From Bigelowiella natans CCMP2755 (taxonomy: Eukaryota > Protista > Cercozoa): 64,000 nucleotides of DNA. Below, in pieces: positions 1 to 17,658 of the stretch. The stretch lies in assembly GCA_000320545.1 (NCBI GenBank), contig ADNK01002144.1, forward strand, positions 1-64,000, read 5' to 3'. Position numbers and translations under genes: made by a program. The notes below the pieces were generated by a model. That model saw only the letters and a program-made list of their open reading frames with translations, ran no database searches and had not been told where the DNA came from. The first letter of the stretch is position 1. Every line of letters starts with the position of its first letter.

Positions 1-52
<52 letters not shown>

Positions 53-84
53 TTTGTTGGAACTCAATCGTCAATCTATACCTA

Positions 85-162
85 CCTTTGTTATGTGTTG
101 GTCATCATTGGTATCAGCATTTAACGCGTACGAAAACCTAACATTTACGACACACACACACA

Positions 163-216
<54 letters not shown>

Positions 217-1008
217 CACAATTGTCGTGAGAGAGTGTATGTGTGTGAAAGACAATATGTTTGCATGATTGCTATTTTCAAACCTCATGGAAGCTCCACT
301 GCACCGTAGCGAATACAAAGTACCTAGAGTTGGAACATGAGTTGTTTATCAGCAACGACGAACAGCAATAGGCAGACTGGTAATCCCAGATGAGGCATGA
401 TGATCCGAAATCATTGAAAAAATGGTAATTTGTTTTATTTCAGCGACATTTGACAACAGTTCTGGATGATACACTGTTGTTACGGCTGTTGTGACATCAA
501 TTGTTACATGCTTCCCTTCTTTATCTTCATGATTCATTGTGTTTGTTCTCATCGTCTATTACTCTTCAGGTGATAATCTTCCGTCGCCATCACGGTCGCA
601 ATTAGCCCAAAGACGGCGCTCCTTTTCCTGACATTAAGATGATGAGTATGTGTATAGTGGCCAGCCAAAGATAGCATTTATCTAGTCTCAATGATGAGAA
701 TGGTGAGGATTGGACTGGTTGAATCCCATTAAATAGTTGGTGCGTGATGCATGCAACGACGACAGAAGAGTAGCACCTCTACATGCTTGATATCTTCAGA
801 AGTGATGCTATTGTTTGGTCCCTCTCCTCCTCCTTGAAATTCGTCATTGTTTGGATGCCAGTAATCCTCCCAACTAATTAGTCTTAAGAGGAAGGATGAT
901 AATAATAAAAGAGAGAAAAGAAGAACAACAACAAGGAGAAGGAGGAGGAGTTGGAAAGGAGAAAAGGATGATTACGATTAAGGGGTAAATACCTTCCTTA
1001 TGTGATTA

Positions 1009-1041
<33 letters not shown>

Positions 1042-1368
1042 GTATTTTAACATATCCACCATTACGTAGCTCTACGTCATCGTTTCGGGGTAGTAGATGA
1101 TGACTTCACTAGAGACGGTTGTTCATCATAAACTATATATAACAATACGCAAGTGCAAAGAGCTCTCCTCTCACTCTCACGCAAAGGCTGCTGCTGATCT
1201 CCCTACCCGTCACTGTCAGTGTCCATTTGGCGGAATTCGAAAGACTTGAAATATCTGATGGATCATTATTATCTGCATTTTAATTTCCTAGTTAAAATAA
1301 TACCCAATGATCACTCGTTTGTTCCCACGATCATACCAGCATTCAGGCAGCATATGATAATTGATTAC

Positions 1369-1400
<32 letters not shown>

Positions 1401-1668
1401 CCATATCGATGATTCACCATCGAAACAAATTACATGCATCGAGACGTTATCAGCACTATTATTTTTGTTTTCTACACCACCATCATCATCATCATCAGCA
1501 TCATCATCATCAAATTGTGTTACTACTCTGCACGTCGATCTGACAGCTCCGGCACCATCAGAACGAGCACCTCTGCTTTATTAAGCATTCCATCCTTGTC
1601 AGCATCGGCATAGTCGTATCGCTTGCGGAGATTCTCGATCACATGTGTCACCTAGATTACACATAGAT

Positions 1669-1706
<38 letters not shown>

Positions 1707-2574
1707 TCTTTGTTTATGTCCTATAATGACACCGACTTCAGAATCGAGCATGATCCCTTCGATCTCCTCCCAGGATAGCAATTCATTTTCAGCTTTGCCT
1801 AACTTCTCATAAACCTAAAAGCAGGAAGACGGAGTATTCATCATTATAATCATCACCACCACCACCATCATCATTATCATCACCATACGATAGTAACATA
1901 TATGACACACAGAAGTACTACTCTCTTCTTCTTCTTCTTCCTCCTCCTCCTTAGAGGATGAAAGAATGGAAGGAATACTGCACCTGCTCGACTTGTTTAG
2001 CCCAGTATTTATCTAAGACAACCTTGGATAGGAGGAGGAAGAGGAGAAGGAGTATTATAGTTGTGGTTTGAATTTATTCAAGATCATCGATGCAGTGGTG
2101 AATGTTGGATGTACCTCACGGCTTTTTTCGTCGACTTCTATAAAGTACTCAGCAAGCTCATGTGCGCTCATTTTGTTATCACGGTCCTGCAAGCAAATAT
2201 ACACACCGCACAGTATGAAATATACATGTTGTATGTATGCTATGTACTCACATTGATAAACGTAAAATACTACTACTTTATTGTTATGGATATGTGATTC
2301 ATGTGCTATGAAAATAATACCGCACACTACCTTGTCTACATATGCAATGAAGCGTTCTATTTGGGACGGAGAAGGACCAGCACTGTTCCTTCCTTCGGGG
2401 TAGTATTGTGAACCCAAGTTCAATGGGAATCTGAAAAACAAGTCACTTCATTTTTGTGTGTGTATGTTTGATGTATCATACGTTTACCAAGGAAACTACT
2501 ACTACTATGTGGTTTGCCGTTCTCTAATGTCTCAGTAATTGAGCTCGTATTAAGTGCATATGTGTGCATACATG

Positions 2575-2627
<53 letters not shown>

Positions 2628-2889
2628 CCTTCTGCCTTACGCTACTACAGTTTCATTCATGCAAACATCTATGAGCTACTACTACTATTGCTCGTCATCT
2701 CATTTCTTTATTTATCCTGTTTCCATACTATTACCTTCCACTGAATCCAAACAGTACTACTAGTAGTAGAATCATGAAGATTGATGCGAAACCAGCAATC
2801 GTTACTAGCGACGATGACGACGATGACGACGACGATGATGACGACGATGACGATGACATCGACGACGACGGTGCTGTGGACGATGGCAT
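85..2889 (-). CDS. Multi-EF-hand Ca2+-binding protein with N-terminal hydrophobic segment (CREC/calumenin-like); spliced, 3' end runs off the window
   Basis: Spliced exons give EF-hand loops DK|DRDNKMSAHE, DADKDGMLNKAE, DTDSDG|LISWED, DRDGDGRLSPEE and DTNDDQHITK. N-terminus is MPSSTAP-polySer-LVTIAGFASIFMILLLVVLFGFSG. Confidence 0.75.
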
Positions 2890-3611
2890 AGAGCAGGCGG
2901 ACAACGCTAACGAATAGGAGAATAAGGAAGAGGAAAATTCCGTCCCTTGCACTGCAAAATTAAAACATGCTACGATCAACGTCGATTAAATTGCATACTC
3001 CTCCTCACAAGGGTTAAATGGCATTATCACAAGAAAGAACTAGCTAGGAAGGTGGTTGCGGTGCTAATCTACGTCACTTGCATCAGGGTACTAGTATAAA
3101 CTTAATCAGTCCAACACCGAGTATGAAGATAATGAAGGGAGGCGTCAAGGGTGGATTCAAGAGTTGACGAAGGGAGGGGGGGGTTCCCCTCGGTGGGTGT
3201 TCGAGGACGGGAAGCTGGAGCGATTGCGTAATGCTGGCCTTTTTCGCACAAATTAAGCTCTTTTTGGGCAATTCTCCTCAGAAATCCCCCGTAGTACCGG
3301 ACTGAATGTACCGAATGCATAGTGCGGATGCAATTTGGACGCTATCGGGTGGGACACCGTGTCGCATTAAGGCAATTTCCCTTTTCACATGAGATTCAGG
3401 TTGATGTCGTCGGAGAGGATTTACGGACGATTTTGTCCAGAAATATGCTATATTTTATTAAAAATATAAAATCGGCCGGAGCTCTCCGAAGCAGTCTAAT
3501 CCATCAATCAGCAGCCGCCTACAACACGACCAGTACTACCCCTTCCACGTCGTCGCAGCTCCTACTGGCTGTGCACTTACGATAGGAGGAACCCATCATT
3601 AACGAAGCAAA

Positions 3612-4824
3612 ATGCGTTTTCTACGCCAATGGAAACACAAACGATTGATCGGGACAGCCGCACTTTGTTTGCTCTCTTTGCTTCTTCTTCCTTACTGTAT
3701 TCTTCATCGTCCGGATGATACTACTGTTTCGACTAAGAGGCTTGGAATTGGTGCCGAGAGGCGGGTCTTTGGCACAATTAGAACGCCCCAACTCGTTAGC
3801 ATGCCTGTCCTAAAAAGTTCAATCCAGGCTTTATCACCACTGAAATTTCGAAAGGGGAGGATACTTCAGTGTTATGGTATGCATGGACAAACAATTCTGC
3901 TGCAATGTTAATTACAAGGGCATTTTTTGCCAATGATTTTTTAAACAACATATAAGAATTTCCATTCTAGATAGCAGAAGTTGATCCAGCCTCCTCCGAT
4001 GTCCCTGTCGTCGACCCATTAAATCTCTACTACTGCTGCTGCTGCTGCTGCTACCACTACTAGTACTACTCCCAAATGGACTCAATCGTTATCGTGCTTG
4101 TTAGGAAAGGGTTTTGGATCAGGCGGATCATCTTCCTCCTCTTCATCTTCTTCGGTAACAAAAACAATAGATTTTGACTTGCCAAATTGATGGGTTGTTA
4201 CTGCTGCTATAGCCTATTAAATTGTTGCTGTTCCCGGTGTTCAAATTAATTGGTGCAGAAGGCAAAAAAGAATACCAAGAGCAAGAAGTCAATAGAGTAC
4301 CGTATTGTTTCCCTCTTTCTTCTATCTTCTCTCTCGGCCTCTTTCCTCCCCCTACACCCCCGTCCGTCCTATCCCTCTTCTCTTATCCAACCATCGAGTT
4401 CTGCGTGCAGTTGCGATCATCTTTCTTGTGTCGTTGAATATGTCTCAATAATCCACGTATAACTGACTGCGCCGGCTGCTGCTGGTGCTGCTGCTGGTGC
4501 TGGTGTGCTGACGAGTTATTTTCAATCAAAATTGTACACAGCCGATTTCTCAGTGGAAGAGACCTCCCCTCGAGCTTTAGGTTGTTTCATGACAATATCC
4601 CTCCCATCACTGCTGTTTGCTAGTAACTATGCTGCTTATACGGTGACGACGATGACGATGATGATGATTACGATGAGGATGTTGATGATAAATGCATTCA
4701 GATATTCTGGATCTGTCCGCCCTGGAAAGCAGTCCCCACGCCGATCTGTAAAAAACGGTAAGAGAAGCAAGTGATTACAACAGATAGTGCTCCTTCTTTT
4801 AGTGTACTAGTGTACCGCTCTTAG

Positions 4825-4857
<33 letters not shown>

Positions 4858-5095
4858 ACTGATATTTTTCTTATTGTAAGCAATATGATCAAATTATCTA
4901 TTAATACATCATCTTGCCCCTCCCCCTCCCCCCCCATCTTTACTCGTGCTGGTGTTGGTTGTGTGGTGAACCAGGTATAGAGTTACCAGAATACGCAAAG
5001 AGCGGCACTCCATCCACTAAAGGAATCATGCCCTGGGACAACATTGAGGTAGTAACAGTGCTAAGAGTAGTGGTACTACTACTAGTAGAAGGAGC

Positions 5096-5130
<35 letters not shown>

Positions 5131-5558
5131 TAGTGGGAGGGGAGAGGTAGTAGGTAGGTTGCATTGGTTGGTAATCATATTACAGCAAGAAGATCGTTAG
5201 AAAGTAGTAGTTGAGGATGTTACGCGAATGACTCCTGCATCTTATCATCAACCTGATTTTCTCTCTCTCTGGAATTTTTGCGCTTCATAACTACTTCTCA
5301 TCGAAAAGGTTAAATCAGAGGCGGATATCGAGAAGATGCGGGTATCAGGAAGAATAGCAAGGTAATAATAAGTATAAATGCTGCTCACTCACTAACAACG
5401 ACAACCTGAAACACCCAACATCATGCTACATTTTGAAGCTAATTTGTTACTGATTGTAATGATGCTCAGAGAGATTTTAGATGCTGCAGGCCGCCTAGTA
5501 AAGCCTGGAGTTCTGACCGGTAAAAGAGGATGGAAGGGGGGGGGAGGAAGGAAACAGC

Positions 5559-5592
<34 letters not shown>

Positions 5593-6497
5593 ATAGAAGA
5601 AGAAGAAGAAGAAGAAGGAAAACGGATATGAGAAAATGATATGTAAAATGGCACATTATAAACAGGCCCTTATCGCGTATATAGTCAAGACAATTATTTA
5701 TGCTTCACCACATCATCATCATCATCATCATTATGATGATGATGATGATTATAATCTTGAAGTCGACATGAGATGATGATTATTAGTACTTTAATCGAGT
5801 GATATTGAAGAATAATACTAAAGAGCCATCTCCTGCTGCTGCTACTACTACACCTTATTCTCCTTCTTATTCTTCTTCTACTACTCCTTATTCTCCTTAT
5901 TCTTCTTCCACTGCTACTACTCTACTACTACTACTACTACTATAACAGACGAGATTGACGAGCTTGTCCACAGAATGTGTAAGAAGACAAGATTTATCAC
6001 CATCATCATCATCGAGCTGCTACTAACAGCACACCTCCTTGAGAGTGATTATAGTTTAAAGCATAATGAAGATACGTCAATACTATCAGGATGATGATGA
6101 TGATGATGATGATAATGATGGTAATGCGGATGAATGATACAGTTGTGCATTTCCGATCGGATCGAGACCGCTTATCATGCATCTCCTCCTCCTCCTCCTC
6201 TTCTTTGTCCAACAATAAAAATGTTCATAATCCGCTGTCTACGTATTTGCAGGTATGGAGAAAAACTGCTACCCTTCCCCATTGAATTATAACAAATTTC
6301 CAAAGTGAGTGATTTCACCGTTGCCATACTTTACTGATGATGTCTTCGTCGATGTATTGGCCAAACTACGTTCAAATAAATATGAGCGAAGGACGAGAAC
6401 ATGATGATGAGATTATGAAGATAATGAGGGGGGGGAGCAGGAGGAGATTCTAGCAATATTAAATATAAAGGGAAAGAAATACTCACCAATTAAATGT

Positions 6498-6539
<42 letters not shown>

Positions 6540-6858
6540 ATATTAATATATATATATACAGGAGATAAAGTGTTATCTACTACTTATCATGCTTTTCATT
6601 GACGAAATGTAGATTCTTCCATTACATCAGATTGTTGGTTGTTGTAATAATATCAATCTGTCAGATCGGTTTGCACGAGCGTGAATGAGGTGATCTGCCA
6701 CGGAATACCTGATTCATCGGAGTTGAAAAGCGGAGATATCATCAACATTGACGTTACCATATTCCACGGTATATTATCTTATTATTATTGTTATTATTAT
6801 TATTATTATTCTCCAAGCTTAAGATGTATTCAATCATTTACATCCATAAAATATGTGA

Positions 6859-6898
<40 letters not shown>

Positions 6899-6915
6899 AT
6901 TGAATATCATCAGCA

Positions 6916-6949
<34 letters not shown>

Positions 6950-7566
6950 GCAGATGGCTTCCACGGCGATTGTAGCGAGATGTTTGTCGTAGGTGATGCT
7001 GCTTATATCAGATATGTCACAAACAATACTATTACTTCTTCGATGCGACAACTCATGATTGTTTACCTAGTCTTACTACCTATATCTACATCTCCTCTGT
7101 CTATTGTTGCATACGATTGCAATCATTATTGTGGTAGCAGTACGTTTCCTTATTCTTCTCCTTCTTCTTCTACTTCTTTAAGCATATTATATTTTTTATG
7201 AGTAGGAGAGGCAGACGATGCGTCCAAAAGGCTGATCCAGGTGGAAGATGATGATGATCATGATGATGATCATGATCATGATAGGAATCATAGCACCCCT
7301 CGTCCTTCATAGGTGACATATAATGCCTGGCAAGAAGCACTAAAGTACTGCAAACCTGGGGCAAAATACAACCAACTAGGGTAGGTAGTTCTGAGAGGAG
7401 GAGGAGGAGGAGGAGGAGGCTGTGCATAGCTCTCTACCTCTGCTACTGCTACTACTACTACTAATAATAATAATAATAATAATACACCGACTGAAGCTGA
7501 AGTTTACTACTGCTGCGACTGCTGCTATTATCAACAAAACATACGGGGCGCATTATCCATAAACAA

Positions 7567-7599
<33 letters not shown>

Positions 7600-7822
7600 A
7601 TATTACAGAGGCATCATTGAAAAATACGTGAGGAAGAGAGGCTATTCAACCTCTCGTGAGTTCGTCGCACATGGAATTGGCAAGGTGATAGTAGCACCCA
7701 CCCCACTATAGCATGTATATACAAGTACATTCTATCCATGAAGGGAAAATTTTTAACTTATGTTCTCTGTTAATTCTATTTCCTTAATTCCCACTAACAA
7801 CCCACCCGCACAAAGAAACACG

Positions 7823-7864
<42 letters not shown>

Positions 7865-8018
7865 GCACGTATATATAATTGATATTCTCATTTTACTCTT
7901 TGTATCTAGAGCTTCCACGTGAAACCTTTCATCCTGCATTATGAAAATAACGAGAACTTGGGGACTATGCAGGTAGCATATGAGAAAAAGTTTGGATTTA
8001 TTACTGCCCTCTATTCCA

Positions 8019-8059
<41 letters not shown>

Positions 8060-8498
8060 TTTGTCGTCATTTTTTAGCCTGGTCACGTGTTTACCGTTGA
8101 GCCGATGATCTGTGAAGGTAGCGGCCCCATCATCATCATGTGTTTAGCCCCTGATCGTACATATGCAAATATAATGCATGCACACTCGTTTCTGTAACTA
8201 TTGCTTCGATTGGGTCGTCTTCATTCCCAGGCACTGCAGAGCATATATTGTGGCCGGATCAATGGACTGCTACAACAAAGGACGGCAAGAGATCTGCTCA
8301 ATTCGAACATACAGTTCTCATTACGAAAGATGGTATTGATCAACAAATGATAACTGAGCGTATGCACGCATTGATATACGTCTAAAGTGAACATCTTCCT
8401 ACCACTATTAACGCATAGGTGCAGAATTTTTGACAGGAAAGATTCCCTCATCTCCCATCCAATTTTGGGAGGATCAGACGACTCAAATCAAAGTTTAA
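3612..8498 (+). CDS. Methionine aminopeptidase type I (MetAP1D-like) with bipartite-type leader; many short exons
   Basis: Exons encode [12 protein letters not shown]|[46 protein letters not shown] and [11 protein letters not shown]; stop TAA at 8496-8498. The N-terminal hydrophobic stretch [20 protein letters not shown] is followed by a basic, S/T-rich linker. Confidence 0.93.
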
Positions 8499-9482
8499 TG
8501 ACCTTTGCCGCAGCCAGATAATGCAAATAGCACCGCAGATAGGCGTTTATTAGTTATTGCGTTGTGTAAAGCACTGCTATACTTGTTATTACTTTGTAGT
8601 CGGTTCACACTGTAGCAGCACCATAGCATCGCATGTACACATTATGCAGATGGCGTGATAGTGACTTCATACCAAGGCAAACATTGTATGGTGTGCGACA
8701 TGTCATCACATACGAGTGTTTGCAGCTGACAGCAGTAGCAGCTATCATGACACCACATATGCACATATAGATGCAGCGTGCCGTGCATGACGAGCTCTAG
8801 CAGTATATAAGTAGGTCAACCATCATATTGAAGAACATGCAGCACAATGGCTAGATCTAGCTAGCAGAGATGTCACTAGTTGTCCACTGCACAAGGTGAC
8901 ACCATGCATGACGTACAGGCCACAGGCCACTCTAGCACTGCACACATATCCCAGTCTGCGCCTTGTGATGATGCACACAGTAGCATGTGATGATCGACGC
9001 AGTGCCCTCTTTCCACGCTAGCACGGCACGCTAGCACGTACGATACAGTACGTGCAAGAGTAATACGTGCCACACATTGCATGCATGATGGAGGCAATGT
9101 CATGCTAATAGCTGTTCCTAGATTAAGATAGGTACATTATATATAGAATATGCATTCTGTCCCTGTCTCGCATAACTAAATAATAGCAAGTAGCAGTAAT
9201 GAATTTTAAAAAGGCGGGCACACAGCTAGCAGAGCCGATGCATACATGTATGTAACTTTGCACTTGCTCGATTGAGCTACGACATTCTTCCACCATGCAC
9301 CGACTAATAACTAGGCGCATTTATCCTCTGTCTCATGCCGTGACATTTATTAAATTCAATGATATATGGGGGTAGGCATGCATTGGTGCTTACATAGCCA
9401 TATAAATTATGTATAATGTGTCACGCGCGCGCGCGCGCGTGTGTGTGTGTGCAAGTATTCGTGTGTGTATAATTTAGGCGGC

Positions 9483-10341
9483 TTAAGTATTCTGTACAAA
9501 GCCAATAGAATCCTTCCGTTCATATTCCTCACTTTGGCGAGAGCCTCTATCCACCTAGGAATTTCATTGGTTCAAATCAAAGTTATGCTCTTCCTGCAGA
9601 TTGCAGCATGTATAAGCTACTCTTCTAACGTCTCATCGCACAATCTTCCTCTCCTCATTCTTTTTCGTAATATGCATTTATATCAATATTTATAGTATCA
9701 TGTGTGTGTGCGGTTACCTTTTCCCATTCACCTCTATCTTCCGAGCGATGAATGCGAAAAGCCATGAAGATTCCAACCATACCGTAGACGCAACATATGG
9801 CCACGATCAAGGCCATGCTAAGCTTGCTCAATAACGGAAATATGTAGAAGGCGACTGCAGATGCACCACCGGACGTGATAATCACGTTAGCAAATGCTGC
9901 TTCTTTCTGATTCGGGAAGAAATCTGCAACCTAACGATATTATTATCATATTATTAGAAATTCTCTCCGTTAATCTCAATTTAACCCACAAGAATTTTAT
10001 CATTTTGTGTCTGTATGCTATGTTTTTATATATATTATACATATGTATGTATGCATATATCGTATACCATAGCCTTGTTTGTGCCTTCAAATACTGCCCG
10101 GCCATTACCAGCTATGATATACAAGAAGACAAGGCCCCATTTGAGGCTCTCCAGCTTTTCATCCTTCACTATCACGACTATCATCGCGATGATGAGGTAT
10201 GAGAAACACCTAGGAAGAGAAGAGAAGAGAAGAGAAATTATTGAGTAATGATGATGAGGATAAGGAGGATGATGATGATGATAAGATGATGATATAGATG
10301 CTGCTTTCAAAAACATCTTGGAAACATTCACACACGCACAC

Positions 10342-10380
<39 letters not shown>

Positions 10381-10626
10381 AACGATTGTTCTTTCAACTG
10401 TGATTTATAGGTCACGTGATATTCTTGTATCACCCGCAAATCATCACGGGGTCTTTTCCAGTAATGTTTGTTAGCTTGGAATATGGAACGGCTAATAGAG
10501 TCGCTGTTGCAGGGACTACTGCTGCCATGTACCTATTTGTTGGATGATGATGAATTTATAATAATAATAATAATAATGATAATAATAATCATGTGAAAGT
10601 ATACGCACGTACAGCAAAACAACAAT

Positions 10627-10658
<32 letters not shown>

Positions 10659-12003
10659 GCTACTACGAAAATCCAACATTCCCTCTGAAGAAGACGATGT
10701 TATCTAAAGCAGCACAGCCCTCCTCCCATTTTAGCTTCTTACCCAATGTTTTTCTTGCCAAGTGCCGATTTGATGATAGTGCCGTTGATATAGAAGTTGA
10801 GGAAAGATGACGCCATTCCAAACATGATTTCGAAACCCGAGATCCATCTCATCCGTGAGTCCGTAGTTAGGAGTTTGGCAGCCTTTTTATTATTAAGTAG
10901 GCCAAAATTATATTTATTTTAAGCGTGTGTGTGTGTGTGTGTGTGAAAATAGAAACCATTCCGGCTGACGTTCTCATAATGATACTATACGCAAACACCA
11001 TGCTCCTGCTGTTTCTACTACTACTACTACTACTACAACACTACCATTACTAGCTACGATACGCTACTCTAGACTAATACCTGAGCAAGGCGTTCCCCAG
11101 CAGAAAGTTGTTTTTGCTGCTGCTGCTGATTTTGATTAAGCTGGGGGGGCTCTTTGGGGACGAAAACCATCAGAACTGCGCAAGCAATTGCTACTATCGT
11201 AAAAATTGTGTAAACGAAGGTATCCGATCCAAAATCGTACAGTAAACTAGACGCCAACTTGAGCACAACCTAATGGCAGCCAGCAGGGAATCAACGCAAG
11301 CAAACACACACTGTGAAAACAAATAAATGAGTTTTGCTACTCGAATACTAAGCATTTCCAGCACCGGATAATGCACTTTTCTACCTCGAAACCCACGTAA
11401 ATACTAGCGAATATGGAGGCCAGCCAGCTTGTGCTCTTTTCCTTGGAGAGACCGGAGATGACCGCATAATGATCCGCAACACGACCGAAGTAAACTCCTT
11501 GTGCAGTCCATAACCAACCTGCTGCTGTTCCTCCTATAGCTGATCCAATTATCGCTGCTGGCCACTTGACAGATTCGACTTTAGCAGCAATAAGGAATGA
11601 CGCCACATACGCGCAATACAAGCCCAGCCCCCATACTAATGACCACTTGGCACCGAGTGAATGCACGAGTGAAGTTGCGATCAGGAGCGCGGAGAGTGTG
11701 TACAATATGTAGAGTGTTCCAGACTGTATTCCACCCAGCTCATCGCCCAAATTTGCAGATGCAAGACCAAGGACTGCTGTCACACACCCGTGATTGATAG
11801 AGAAGCAAAGAGCCATGAAGATGAAAGACGCCTGATGAGCGGGATGAAGGGATTTAACATTGTTATAAATATAACAAGAGTAGTAGCTAAACAAACAAGG
11901 AGGCATGCCGTACCTGTAGTGAGTAAGTACTCTTCCATCTTTGATCACTGTTTACTTGGCCTTGTCCTTGTCCTTCTCCGTCGTCCATGAAAGGCTCATC
12001 CAT
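9483..12003 (-). CDS. UNC-93-like MFS membrane protein; spliced
   Basis: LGGIQSGTLYILYTLSALL..LGAKWSLVWGLGLYCAYVASF and GSAIGGTAAGWLWTAQGVY are UNC-93 signatures. Further TM exons run down to ..GFVQNT*. Confidence 0.85.
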
Positions 12004-12342
12004 GTCTGTCTGTTGTGCTACTAGAGTCGTAACCAGTCGGAGATGCACGGGAGGAGGAAGAGGATAGCTCTTCTACGACAACCACAATTACCTTGTCGCG
12101 ATTACATAATCGCATGCATTACACAATTTCAAAAATATCTCCAAATCTCTCCGTAGACCACGAATTGGGGTACTATGCACTTTAGCTTCTCACGAAAATG
12201 GGTTTTTCTTCATTGTCGTATTGATAAAACGGCATGTGTTTTACATGTCGTCGTTGTCGCAATCGTCGGGTATCGGAAGGAGGAGAGAACACATAGAATT
12301 AGACGACCAGGACCGCCCCCCACCCATCGTCATCAAGCTCCA

Positions 12343-16752
<4,410 letters not shown>

Positions 16753-17658
16753 GATCCCTGCTTAACATGCATGCAATTCGATATTTATTGACGCAACTAG
16801 GCAAGGCCGCACATCGCGCATGTACTAGATACATGCTGCATACGACCATTGTTTTCATGCTTTACAGTTTAGCTTAGTGTCTTCTATGATGCGATGTGCC
16901 GTGTACATTTGCACATTGTACGCAACGTCAACGATGAATACACATGATGAGAATCAACTGCTATGCAGCTAGCACATAAGCAAAGTACGCTGTAATGTAG
17001 TCACGTTACGTTATTGTGGGCACACCAAATACGACGTACGATGCGCTAGCTAGCTAGCTGCTAGCTAGTACACGCATACAGCAGCGCATGGTCTAGCAAA
17101 ATAGAGCCTTTCTAGCTTTATGGCTATATTCGTGCATGCGCGTACGAACATATGTAGTTTCACAAACATCGTATCTAGACTTGTTCTTCACACCACATGT
17201 CGTAGTTTTGCACAAGCACACATAAACCATACCACATATGCTAGATATATCTAGATATGTCCTTAAGAACACATGTCCTAACAAGGGTACACGAATAGAG
17301 CCTTTATGGCTATATTGCAATACATGGTGAACCACCATACACGATGGAAATATCTCTACGTGCAGCATCACCTCGGAAAACAAGCTATTATCAGTGAAGT
17401 CAGAAGAAGCTAGAGAAGGCTCTACAGCTAGACAGCTTACATATCGCTGAGCAGACATTGTTGTGACCTAGTGACGGGTGCAGGCGCGTATATAATGATC
17501 ATACTGAGCTTAATCTATTGAATTTGGGATTTACACGTGTTGGTCTATATCGTGCGTGGCTTAGGAGACTATGCTAGTATGGTATGTACATGTATTGTCG
17601 CCGAAATCTAGTAGGATCTATCATCTCATCATGATGAAAACTGGTTGCATGATTGTTT

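Noticed and set aside
17099-17320. Short imperfect duplication (aatagagcctt..tatggctatatt) in a spacer
   Set aside because: Too short, with no terminal repeats or target-site duplication, to call a mobile element.
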